Source: Candidatus Falkowbacteria bacterium RIFOXYD12_FULL_34_57 (lineage in GTDB: Bacteria; Patescibacteriota; Patescibacteriia; Patescibacteriales; UBA12075). Taken from it: DNA of 64,000 bases. The translations under genes were made by a program, and so were the position numbers. The DNA is taken from assembly GCA_001780285.1 (NCBI GenBank), contig MFGN01000021.1, positions 11,122 to 75,121 of the forward strand, in the 5' to 3' direction. Shown in pieces: positions 55,932 through 64,000 of this stretch (the stretch's first letter is position 1; each line of letters starts with the position of its first letter). Below the pieces are notes generated by a model, which was given only the letters and a program-made list of their open reading frames with translations, had not been told where the DNA came from and ran no database searches.

Positions 55932-57521
55932 TTATCTAAACATTGTTATAAAAGCATTGTATAACACCTTAATATGATGAGCTCCTTTGTAAATCGGAGA
56001 AACTTTTTTATTCAATTTAAGAAGCGAAAAAACCGCTATTTGAGCAGATCTTACTGAGTACTCCACCGTAAAAACAACATCATTTAAAATTTCACAATAC
56101 TGCCCTAAAAAGGCTAAATTAACTGAATTTTTAGGTATTACAGGCGGTCTGTCGCTTATTGCTCTAGGTAAAAAATGACTTGTGACATAAGGCGTCATAC
56201 AGGGAATACAAACTGAATTTTTAAGAATTTTATCCAAGTATTCATCAAATCCCAAGTGATAAATTAACTCGGTTAATATTTCTTTTCCGTTGCATTCTGA
56301 CATTTTCTTTTTTATAAAATTTCCCTTCTTATCTGAAAATAATCCATAACCCCAGCAAAGTGTAACGCCTTCGGGCTGATTAATAAAATATGGCTTATAA
56401 GACAAAACTATGGACATGAGCCAATTAGAGTCTATTAAATTAATTCCGCCATAAGTAGTTACTTTTTTATGAATAAACTTTTCTATTAATTTAAAAAATG
56501 TAGGATCTCGAAAAGTAACAGTAAAAGATGTCCACTTTGATTTGTCTATATAGGAATTAAAGACATGAGGATTTCCAAATTCTGGCCTATCTTTTGAAAT
56601 ATTTTCCCAAAGAGTCCATGAAGCGCTCTTATTTTTATAATCAAGAAAAGGCGCTTCATCCATGGAACCAATGCTGGAATTAGCCACAATAGAGCCAAGT
56701 GACACAAAAACAAAATCGTTTTCCTCAACAGCAATTTCTCCCACTTTTCCGTCCTGATTAAAATGAATATGGCTTACTATTTTTTTATTTTGCTTCAATT
56801 TAAAATCCAAGTCTGTAATTTTAGTATTTATTACAAAATTAACACCTTGCCTTTTTAACCAATCCTTAATCGGCAGAATAAGGGACTCATATTGATTATA
56901 TGGTGTAATCTCTATGGTTTCCAGGGTATTAATGGAAGGAAAATCCTGAATAAACCTAATAAAGTATCTCCTAAATTCCATTAAACTATGCCACGATTGA
57001 AATGCGAATGCTGTGCAAAATTCGTACCAAAAATTAGACACAAAAAATGATGGAGTAAAATACTCTCTTATTTCCATGTTCTCCAAAGAAGATTCTTTTC
57101 GAAATAATAAGTTAAAGATTCTAAATCTATCTTTAAGGTTCAATTTTAAAGGCCTTGAATCAATAGCCCGACCATTTTTCAGTAATCTTGATTTTGAATA
57201 TGATTTACTTTTTTTATTAAAATCAATAAATTCTTCTCTTATTGTTTTTCCCGGAGAAGTCAAAGACGGTATGAGAGACATTAAATCAAAGGTGCAAGTA
57301 AAAGCTTTTTCTTCAAACATTCTAATTCCACGCATCACATACCCCTTAGAATAAGACAAATTTTGAGCATCAAGGCTTCCACCAATTTTCTTAGATTCAT
57401 CAAATATTTTAATATTTTCACCCTTTATCTGCCCGTCTTTTATCAAATAAACAGCGGCGGAAAGAGATGCGATGCCGCCGCCGACAAGATATGCTTTTGA
57501 TGTTTTATTCTTTATAGACAT
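55932..57521 (-). CDS. Oleate hydratase (MCRA family, FAD-dependent)
   Basis: 529 aa. AYLVGGGIASLSAAVYLI...GGSLDA N-terminus and GY.MRG.RMFE block. Confidence 0.85.
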   Translation of the reverse strand: MSIKNKTSKAYLVGGGIASLSAAVYLIKDGQIKGENIKIFDESKKIGGSLDAQNLSYSKGYVMRGIRMFEEKAFTCTFDLMSLIPSLTSPGKTIREEFIDFNKKSKSYSKSRLLKNGRAIDSRPLKLNLKDRFRIFNLLFRKESSLENMEIREYFTPSFFVSNFWYEFCTAFAFQSWHSLMEFRRYFIRFIQDFPSINTLETIEITPYNQYESLILPIKDWLKRQGVNFVINTKITDLDFKLKQNKKIVSHIHFNQDGKVGEIAVEENDFVFVSLGSIVANSSIGSMDEAPFLDYKNKSASWTLWENISKDRPEFGNPHVFNSYIDKSKWTSFTVTFRDPTFFKLIEKFIHKKVTTYGGINLIDSNWLMSIVLSYKPYFINQPEGVTLCWGYGLFSDKKGNFIKKKMSECNGKEILTELIYHLGFDEYLDKILKNSVCIPCMTPYVTSHFLPRAISDRPPVIPKNSVNLAFLGQYCEILNDVVFTVEYSVRSAQIAVFSLLKLNKKVSPIYKGAHHIKVLYNAFITMFR

Positions 57522-57600
57522 TGTCTTATATTAAAAATTTATTATTGATTATATTATAACATTTACTAATACAATATGTTAGTATAGATTTTTCTATAAT

Positions 57601-57629
57601 AAAAACAAGCTAAATTTTAGCTTGTTTTT
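57601..57629 (-). terminator. Terminator after csp
   Basis: aaaaacaagcta-aatt-tagcttgttttt. Confidence 0.65.
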
Positions 57630-57645
57630 ATTATGAAAAAAAGTA

Positions 57646-57843
57646 TTATGCTTTTTTAACACCAACTGCCGCATTTCCTTTTGGGGTTTTTTCAACCTCA
57701 AATGTAACTGCATCCCCTTCTCTTAATTGATCAAAACTAATACCATCTAGGTTGTTGGCGTGGAAAAATAAATCTCCGGCATTATCTTCTTGGCTGATAA
57801 AACCAAAATTTTTATCAGTCAACTTTTTGATTGTTCCTTGCAT
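57646..57843 (-). CDS. cspA: Cold-shock protein (CSD)
   Basis: 65 aa. RNP1-like KNFGFI and RNP2-like LFFH. Confidence 0.9.
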   Translation of the reverse strand: MQGTIKKLTDKNFGFISQEDNAGDLFFHANNLDGISFDQLREGDAVTFEVEKTPKGNAAVGVKKA

Positions 57844-58082
57844 ATAAATGTAAAGATAAAATTAATTAAGCAAATACTAAGAAGTAGAAATTAAATTTTA
57901 TCTCTACAATTCTAATATTCGTCGCCCCTTTTAAAAGGGTGGATAGTAATTAAACTAACAATTTAATATTAGCATAAAAAAAAATTTTGTCAATATTTTC
58001 TGTTTATAAAAAACTGCGCCTCGCGGCGCAGTTTTTTGATTAGAAATATATTTGAAGATAGTTAAAATCTTTTAATTATTTC

Positions 58083-58253
58083 TTAGTATCGTCTTGGACG
58101 ATCTTGCATTTTTTGCTTGTGGCAATCTCTGCAAAACAATGGTCTTTCTCCATCTGGTTCAAATGGAAGCTCTGTAATTTGGGCTCCGCATTGTGAACAG
58201 GTCCAATTTCCTTTGATCATTTGTCGATCGTTGGAATAGTTTCTATTATCCAT
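58083..58253 (-). CDS. Small CxxC-x17-CxxC zinc-ribbon protein (below the ORF-track cutoff)
   Basis: Hand translation: MDNRNYSNDRQMIKGNWTCSQCGAQITELPFEPDGERPLFCRDCHKQKMQDRPRRY. Terminator at 58008-58037. Confidence 0.55.
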   Translation of the reverse strand: MDNRNYSNDRQMIKGNWTCSQCGAQITELPFEPDGERPLFCRDCHKQKMQDRPRRY

Positions 58254-58514
58254 TTAAATGTATGCTCAAATATTAATAAAATAATAATACTTAAGACTTT
58301 ATTGAATTATAATAAAAGTATAGCATAAAAGTATTTAATAGTCAATAAATAATGCAATTTTTAACAATAAACAAATTTTTCATATAATTACTTCATTATA
58401 CCCAATAAAAACAAACTGATTTTTAATTAATTTGACTAATTGACAGATTTATTTTATGCGTGTTAAACTTGTTCTACATTAGTTTTTTAACAATTTAAAT
58501 AATAAAGGAAAAAA

Positions 58515-58973
58515 ATGGAAAAAGTTCTTTTTTTCGGTGGCCCATGGAATTGTTTTTCAAACTTTTCAGCGTTTAAGGTTAATTATATGGGTATTGATTG
58601 GATGACTTCAGAACATGCCTATCAGGCCAGCAAATTTTTTGATGAAAAAATATTCCAAGAAATCCTCACTGCATCTTCAGCCTATAAAAGTAAAGAAATC
58701 GCTCAAAAATATGAAAAGCATGTAAAAAAAGATTGGCATAAAATTAAAATCAATATTATGGAAAAAATCGTTCGCGCCAAACTGGAACAACATGAATACA
58801 TTCAAAGAAAACTTCTGGAAACCGGAGATCGGGAAATTGTAGAAGATTCACCTTATGATAATTTCTGGGGCCGCGGTCCTGATTGGGAAGGAGAAAATCA
58901 TTTGGGTAAAATTTGGATGAAATTAAGAGAAGGATTGAAAGCTAAAATAAAACAAGGAGATAAAAATGTCTGA
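58515..58973 (+). CDS. NADAR (YbiA/DUF1768) family protein
   Basis: 152 aa. FSNFS...SEHAYQA.KF and D.FWG.G..G.N.LG..LM motifs. Confidence 0.8.
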   Translation: MEKVLFFGGPWNCFSNFSAFKVNYMGIDWMTSEHAYQASKFFDEKIFQEILTASSAYKSKEIAQKYEKHVKKDWHKIKINIMEKIVRAKLEQHEYIQRKLLETGDREIVEDSPYDNFWGRGPDWEGENHLGKIWMKLREGLKAKIKQGDKNV

Positions 58974-59343
58974 AAAAAACAAAAAAACCAAGCAATTATT
59001 TTCATTAAAATTTATTGGAAACATTCCTAGGGGAAAATTTGAGTTTAGCTGTATCTGCGGCCAATACTCAGGATGGAAGAATAATCTAAATGGTGAAAAC
59101 CAAACTATAGAATGTCAAGATTGTGGGGTGAGATACAAATTTGTACAGCAAAAAAATCATTTTCATATATATATCATTTCTCTTGAAAATATTATTAACA
59201 GTTCCTATGAGTGCAATTGCTCATGTCATCAAACCGGTGCTATTCATATTGTCGCCTGTTGCGACCAATGCAAAATATGCGGTAAAAATATTAAAATACA
59301 AATGATGAATAAACATCTAAAAACTTGCCATCATAAAAAATAA
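58966..59343 (+). CDS. Cys-rich zinc-ribbon protein
   Basis: 125 aa. The N-domain is paralogous to 45073-45330, with an extra C-terminal CxC/CC..C..C cluster. Overlaps the NADAR stop by 8 nt. Confidence 0.55.
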   Translation: MSEKNKKTKQLFSLKFIGNIPRGKFEFSCICGQYSGWKNNLNGENQTIECQDCGVRYKFVQQKNHFHIYIISLENIINSSYECNCSCHQTGAIHIVACCDQCKICGKNIKIQMMNKHLKTCHHKK

Positions 59344-59425
59344 AACAATGCGGAGAAAAATCTCCGCTTTTTTAATTAAAGTGAATAAATATTGTAATAA
59401 CTAAAAATATATTACTGAAAGAAAT

Positions 59426-61540
59426 TTAATTTACGAAAATATTGATAAAATTTCTAACAAACGGAGTATTTTTTACTTTTATTTCTATCGAGTCTTCAAT
59501 ATAATTGTCGGCTCGATCATAAACTTTGACATAAATCATGTGATTACCGGCTTTATTAAAAGGAATATAAAGCGGCGACTTAGTGGGGAGATAAATACTA
59601 TCATCAAGCTTAATATAGAATAAATTCGGCTCTATTCCGCTAACAGCGTCCCTTGATTCAAACTCAGTTCTCACAATTTCTCCATTGTTGATTATTCTGC
59701 TATTTACTTTAAGATGTAAATATTCCGGCGGACTACTATCTATTTTCACCTTATAATGGTACACCGATCTCATAATTCCATCACGCACTCCCCCAATGTG
59801 GAAATAATAAACCCCATCATCTTTTGGAGTAAAATTTATAAAACTTTTGTCTGTTTTATTTTTACCGTCAGGAATTGAAAATGGACTATTGTCTAATAAA
59901 TAATAGTATTCAGAAGCCCAATCATCTTGCCAAAAAAGATCAATATTTTTGTTGCGATACCAAGTCTCGCTGTTTGGGTGGGTGTAAGAGAATAAAAATA
60001 GTTGGATATTTTCTTCATCTGTTTCTCCTCCTAAATCAGCTGCGAAATAACTGGAGTCAATTGTATCCCGAAGAACATTGGTCCCCAATCCATCATTTGC
60101 TAAAACTTGACTCTCGGGACCAAATCGTAAACTGATTTGTCCTGTCTGTAAGGGTTCAATAATTAATTCTGCCAATATTCCTTTCTCTTGAGAAAATCCT
60201 GGATTTGGTAGTCCGCAAACTATGCTCACTTGTCCATTTTCATTATCTATATTTTTTTCAATAAACATATTAGAAGTACCGGTTTTACAGAAAGAACTAT
60301 CAGTTATTATTTTATCTACTTTAACCATTTTGGGGTCATAATTAATAACTGCTTTAACTGCATTAATTGCCTCTCCTCCTGATAATAGGTTTATAGCAAT
60401 CTTTTTATTATTATTTATATCTATAGCAGCATACTCCGGATCAAATTTTAAAACGGAATTATAAATTCTATACTCATAAGCTTTTTTAAGTTTAATGGCG
60501 GGATGATAAAAGCCATAATATAAAATATTGTTCCAAACTACAATTGTTAAAAATAAAACAACAAATAATAAAAAAATAATTTTTTTATCAATTTTCCTTC
60601 TACTTTTTCTAAAACGCAATAAATACAACAAAAAAACAGTAAAAAATAAACTAGCAATGAATGAAGGGGTGATAAACTTGGAAAAATAATTAAATTTATA
60701 AAACAAAAAAATTGCACCATCTTCACTCGCCAACTCCTCTAAGTATAACTTATCAATAAAATATTCTTGGTTATTCAAAAATAAAGAATCATTGGATTTG
60801 CTCAAAAAAATATCAGATGCTCTTTGTATATCAATATCAATATTCGCTGAAAATATTTTTTCAACCTCCTTGTTTATAAAGCTTGTTTCTATAATTCCTT
60901 CATTTTGCACAAAAACTCCGATATCTGTATTTTTATCCAAATATCTATTTTTAAAGTATTTTATATATTCGCCGTCTATTCTTTTATTAATTACCAAACC
61001 ACCAATTACTTGTTCATTGCTCACAATGGGCTGTCCTACAACCATTTCAATCAAACTGGCTCCCTTAACATCAAAAGAAGAAAAAATCTGTCCTTTTAAT
61101 ATTTGTTCTTTCCATTTTATGGCTTGAAAAATATAATTATCACTGTTTTCCAAATTATCCACGCCCGAGATGGTTTTTCCATCTTTATCTATTACTGTTA
61201 TAGATAATACATCTTTTCTGTTTTTTATATTCTTGATAGCTTCGCTGATCTCTGTAATTTTTTTATTTTGAACCGCTTCCACAAAAAATGGAGTACTTGC
61301 CATCTCTTTTGATAATTTTAAAAATTGTAAAAATTCTTTATTAAATAATATTTCAGTATTATAAATTTTATTGTTAAATTTGTCTTTATATACAAAAAAT
61401 ACAACATTATTAGTAATGAGAATAAATAAATTAACAAACAAAAATATAAAAGCCAGATACACTGCTTTTTTTACAATATCTTTAGTTATTTTTGTTCTTA
61501 TCTTTTGAAAAATTAATTTAAAAGGATTTTGTATTTTCAT
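59426..61540 (-). CDS. Large hypothetical membrane protein
   Basis: 704-aa ORF with N-terminal and mid-protein TM helices and a beta-rich C-terminal ectodomain. No confident family. Confidence 0.5.
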   Translation of the reverse strand: MKIQNPFKLIFQKIRTKITKDIVKKAVYLAFIFLFVNLFILITNNVVFFVYKDKFNNKIYNTEILFNKEFLQFLKLSKEMASTPFFVEAVQNKKITEISEAIKNIKNRKDVLSITVIDKDGKTISGVDNLENSDNYIFQAIKWKEQILKGQIFSSFDVKGASLIEMVVGQPIVSNEQVIGGLVINKRIDGEYIKYFKNRYLDKNTDIGVFVQNEGIIETSFINKEVEKIFSANIDIDIQRASDIFLSKSNDSLFLNNQEYFIDKLYLEELASEDGAIFLFYKFNYFSKFITPSFIASLFFTVFLLYLLRFRKSRRKIDKKIIFLLFVVLFLTIVVWNNILYYGFYHPAIKLKKAYEYRIYNSVLKFDPEYAAIDINNNKKIAINLLSGGEAINAVKAVINYDPKMVKVDKIITDSSFCKTGTSNMFIEKNIDNENGQVSIVCGLPNPGFSQEKGILAELIIEPLQTGQISLRFGPESQVLANDGLGTNVLRDTIDSSYFAADLGGETDEENIQLFLFSYTHPNSETWYRNKNIDLFWQDDWASEYYYLLDNSPFSIPDGKNKTDKSFINFTPKDDGVYYFHIGGVRDGIMRSVYHYKVKIDSSPPEYLHLKVNSRIINNGEIVRTEFESRDAVSGIEPNLFYIKLDDSIYLPTKSPLYIPFNKAGNHMIYVKVYDRADNYIEDSIEIKVKNTPFVRNFINIFVN

Positions 61541-61663
61541 GATTATATAATTAAATATCCTATTTACAAGATACCATTTTTTTGATTTTCTTTCTATATT
61601 TAACCTCTATTGTTTTATTATTTCATATAATACAATTGCTTTGTGTATTTTTTTATTCAAGAA

Positions 61664-61785
61664 AAGCCTGAAAAGCTTTTTGAAGTCTCCACCCAAGGAG
61701 GACACAGCGCCTTTCCATGCCCGCCTCAGGCGGGGGCGTGGTGAATAATGGAATAATAGTAAAAAATAAAAATTTCTATAAGATT
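61664..61785 (+). repeat. Intergenic hairpin repeat, copy 3 (internal ~30-nt deletion)
   Basis: Shares the 5' extension with copy 2 and the core with copies 1 and 2. Confidence 0.85.
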
Positions 61786-61833
61786 AAAAAACCACCAATT
61801 ATAAATTGGTGGTTTTTCTTTAAAATTTCAAAA

Positions 61834-62400
61834 TTAAAATTTCACTTTTACATTTTCTTTTTCTTCCTTATTTTCAATTTCAAAAAATTCTCTTTTGACA
61901 AACTTCAGCATGCCAGCGATAAGATTGGTTGGAAATACTTCAATTTTAGTGTTAAAATCTCGTACATTACCATTATAAAATCTGCGAGATGCCTGAATTT
62001 TGTTTTCCGTGTCTGATAATTCTCTTTGTAATTCCAAAAAATTTGTATTTGCTTTCAAATCCGGATAATTTTCAGATAAAGCAAAAATAGATTTAAGTGT
62101 TGAAGAAAGCACATTCTCCGCCTGTGCCTGCGCTTTTGGATCTCCGCCGGCCTGAGCTTGCATTGCCATATTTCTGGCTTCGGTAACCTTCATCAATGTT
62201 CCTTCTTCGTGTTTCGCATAACCTTTTACGGTTTCGACTAGATTGGGAATTAAGTCATATCGACGTTTAAGTTGGACATCAATATCACTCCAAGCTTCCT
62301 CTACTCTGTTTTTTAAACGAATTAATGAGTTATACATTCCGATAATAACCAAAATGATAACCACTAAGACGCCTAAAACACCTAAAATAATTGGATTCAT
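61834..62400 (-). CDS. lemA: LemA family protein
   Basis: 188 aa. N-terminal TM, YN.L..L...V.EAWS.IDVQLKRR.DLIPNLV and E..I..SRR.YN motifs. Confidence 0.88.
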   Translation of the reverse strand: MNPIILGVLGVLVVIILVIIGMYNSLIRLKNRVEEAWSDIDVQLKRRYDLIPNLVETVKGYAKHEEGTLMKVTEARNMAMQAQAGGDPKAQAQAENVLSSTLKSIFALSENYPDLKANTNFLELQRELSDTENKIQASRRFYNGNVRDFNTKIEVFPTNLIAGMLKFVKREFFEIENKEEKENVKVKF

Positions 62401-62457
62401 AAAATTTTATTAATTAATTGTTAAAATGTTAATATGTTACAATGTTTAAATGAGAGA

Positions 62458-63636
62458 TTATTGTTCTGTAAGCCTAATCGCTTCTTCAATGCTAATCAAC
62501 CCTTTATTTACTTTTTGTAAAGCCGCTTGTCGCAAGGTAATCATTCCTTCTTTTATTGCCAATTCTGAAATATCTTCATCGGTCGGTTTTTTTAAAATCA
62601 AATCCTGAATCGGTCTGGTGATTTGTATTATCTCATGAATACCCTTTCTGCCAATCATTCCTCTTTGGTTACATTTTTCACAACCAAGAGAATGGAAAAA
62701 TTTCATATCCCTCGGAGCATTAAGCAATTTTATTAATTCTTTAGATGGCTCATATTGTTCTCTGCATTCCGGACAATTTAAACGCGCTAATCTTTGCGCG
62801 GTTACACACTTCAGAGCACTAGCTAATAAAAATGGCTCTATTCCCATATTAATCAAACGAACAATAGCTCCAGCGGCATTATTAGTATGGATTGTGGCCA
62901 AAACCAAATGACCCGTAACTGCGGCCTGGATAGCAATCCGAGCAGTTTCCCTATCGCGAATCTCGCCTACCATAATAATATCCGGATCTTGACGAAGCAA
63001 ATAACGAAGCCCGTCGGCAAAAGTAAGCCCGATACTGGGGTCAATATTTGTTTGTCTAACCATATCTATTTTTCTTTCTACCGGATCCTCCAAGGTTACC
63101 AGACTTTTTTCACTGCTATTTAATTGATTTAAAATAGTTAAAAGCGTAGTGGATTTTCCACTGCCATTAGGTCCGGTTACGAGCAGTAACCCGTGTGGTT
63201 TCCTGGTTACTGTATTTAATATTTTTTCCTGTTCTGGGGTCAATCCTAATTCATTATAGTCTCCAAAATTTTTATTGCTTTCTAAAATTCTAATCACAAT
63301 ACTGTCTCCCACACTGGTTGGAAGAACGGAAATTCGGAGATCAACAAATCTCTCTCCATGCTCAAACTTAATATTTCCTTCTTGCGGTTTTGGAAGTCCG
63401 GTCATTTCTAAACCGGCAAGAATCTTAATGCGGGATGACATATGTTCAAAGATAGAAAGTTCTCCTTCAAAAATAATTCTCAAAATACCATCAATGCGAT
63501 ACCGAACAATTACTTTATCCCGCTGAGGCTCAATATGGATATCACTTGCCCCTTCGTCTATTCCTTGATAAAAAATATCATTAACCAATTTAATTACATC
63601 AATAGCTTGTTCTGTTTGTTTTTTAGAAAATACCAT
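62458..63636 (-). CDS. Type II/IV secretion (type IV pilus) ATPase, GspE/PilB family, short form
   Basis: 392 aa. Walker A GPNGSGKSTT, Asp/His boxes and tetracysteine CPEC...CEKC. Confidence 0.88.
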   Translation of the reverse strand: MVFSKKQTEQAIDVIKLVNDIFYQGIDEGASDIHIEPQRDKVIVRYRIDGILRIIFEGELSIFEHMSSRIKILAGLEMTGLPKPQEGNIKFEHGERFVDLRISVLPTSVGDSIVIRILESNKNFGDYNELGLTPEQEKILNTVTRKPHGLLLVTGPNGSGKSTTLLTILNQLNSSEKSLVTLEDPVERKIDMVRQTNIDPSIGLTFADGLRYLLRQDPDIIMVGEIRDRETARIAIQAAVTGHLVLATIHTNNAAGAIVRLINMGIEPFLLASALKCVTAQRLARLNCPECREQYEPSKELIKLLNAPRDMKFFHSLGCEKCNQRGMIGRKGIHEIIQITRPIQDLILKKPTDEDISELAIKEGMITLRQAALQKVNKGLISIEEAIRLTEQ

Positions 63637-63688
63637 ATTATTTTAAGTAACTTGTAATAAATAACAGATAACATGTTCTGCAATTGAA

Positions 63689-64000
63689 CTACTCTGTATT
63701 TATTTTATTAATTTTAATTTTTACTTCTTTGTTTCTAAGTGCTGGCCGATAATATCCGGTCATAATTGCAACTTTCTGTAAAATTTCATTATTCTCTATT
63801 TTACCACAAATATTCAATTCAGTCGGTACTTTAACTGTTAAAACATCATTAAATAATTTTGAAGATTTCAAACCGCGCACTAAAACAAGTGGCCCTGTTT
63901 CTTCTTTTAATTCTACCATAAAATCACCTTTTTGCGCCAGCTTTGCGAGCATTTCGTTATCATCTTTTTTTCTTCCTATTACAACCAGAATATTATTAAA
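63689..64000 (-). CDS. Hypothetical protein, partial (ORF open to the window edge)
   Basis: The reading frame continues without a stop upstream of the listed Met to position 64000. Function not recognised. Confidence 0.4.
   Translation of the reverse strand, partial: FNNILVVIGRKKDDNEMLAKLAQKGDFMVELKEETGPLVLVRGLKSSKLFNDVLTVKVPTELNICGKIENNEILQKVAIMTGYYRPALRNKEVKIKINKINTE

Noticed and set aside
61717-62016. A 99-aa ORF beginning MPASGGGVVNNG. The same peptide start is templated by each copy of the hairpin repeat.
   Set aside because: The start lies in the repeat element, and the ORF then runs antisense through the LemA terminator and gene. Copies 1 and 2 do not maintain an ORF, so the repeat is not coding.
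1-64000. Possible CRISPR array or alternative genetic code.
   Set aside because: No repeat-spacer periodicity of 25-40 nt was found; the only tandem repeats are 7-17 nt words. Long conserved genes (rpoB, rpoC, the kinase and others) are open under the standard code without needing TGA or TAG read-through.

Overview
This is an AT-rich (roughly 30% GC) bacterial window with very uneven base composition. The gene content looks like a small-genome CPR/Patescibacteria-type organism, but that is inference only. The ends are housekeeping. On the left are porB, rpoC, rpoB, a Mur ligase, FemAB, ruvA, a U32 peptidase, a two-component pair, an M18 aminopeptidase, YggS, a Phd/RelE-like TA pair, htpX, mazG, murI and a small [NiFe]-hydrogenase module. 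On the right are ornithine decarboxylase, FkbM, tRNA-Val, tRNA-Gly, oleate hydratase, csp, NADAR, LemA and a PilB/GspE ATPase. The centre (about 29.5-49.6 kb) is accessory DNA anchored on tRNA-Asn(GTT) and has three parts. (1) An 8.2 kb integrated filamentous-phage (inovirus)-like element carries a large serine recombinase, an HUH Rep, a Zot/pI ATPase, pIII/pVI/pVIII-like coat genes, three tiny membrane ORFs missed by the ORF track, and an SSB-like gene. (2) A tightly packed five-gene cluster has two DNA methyltransferases bracketing three uncharacterised proteins with nuclease-like motifs; this is a candidate R-M-like defence system of unfamiliar architecture. (3) A run of single-gene or small-operon cassettes follows, each closed by a tRNA-3'-end-like motif plus a terminator hairpin. 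Other unexplained structure includes duplicated 3' ends after tRNA-Val and tRNA-Gly and a three-copy intergenic hairpin repeat. There is also a conserved 36-nt leader before both hydrogenase subunits, and 7-8 nt tandem word repeats next to start codons. No rRNA or CRISPR array was seen. All functional calls come from motif recognition by eye; no database search was run.
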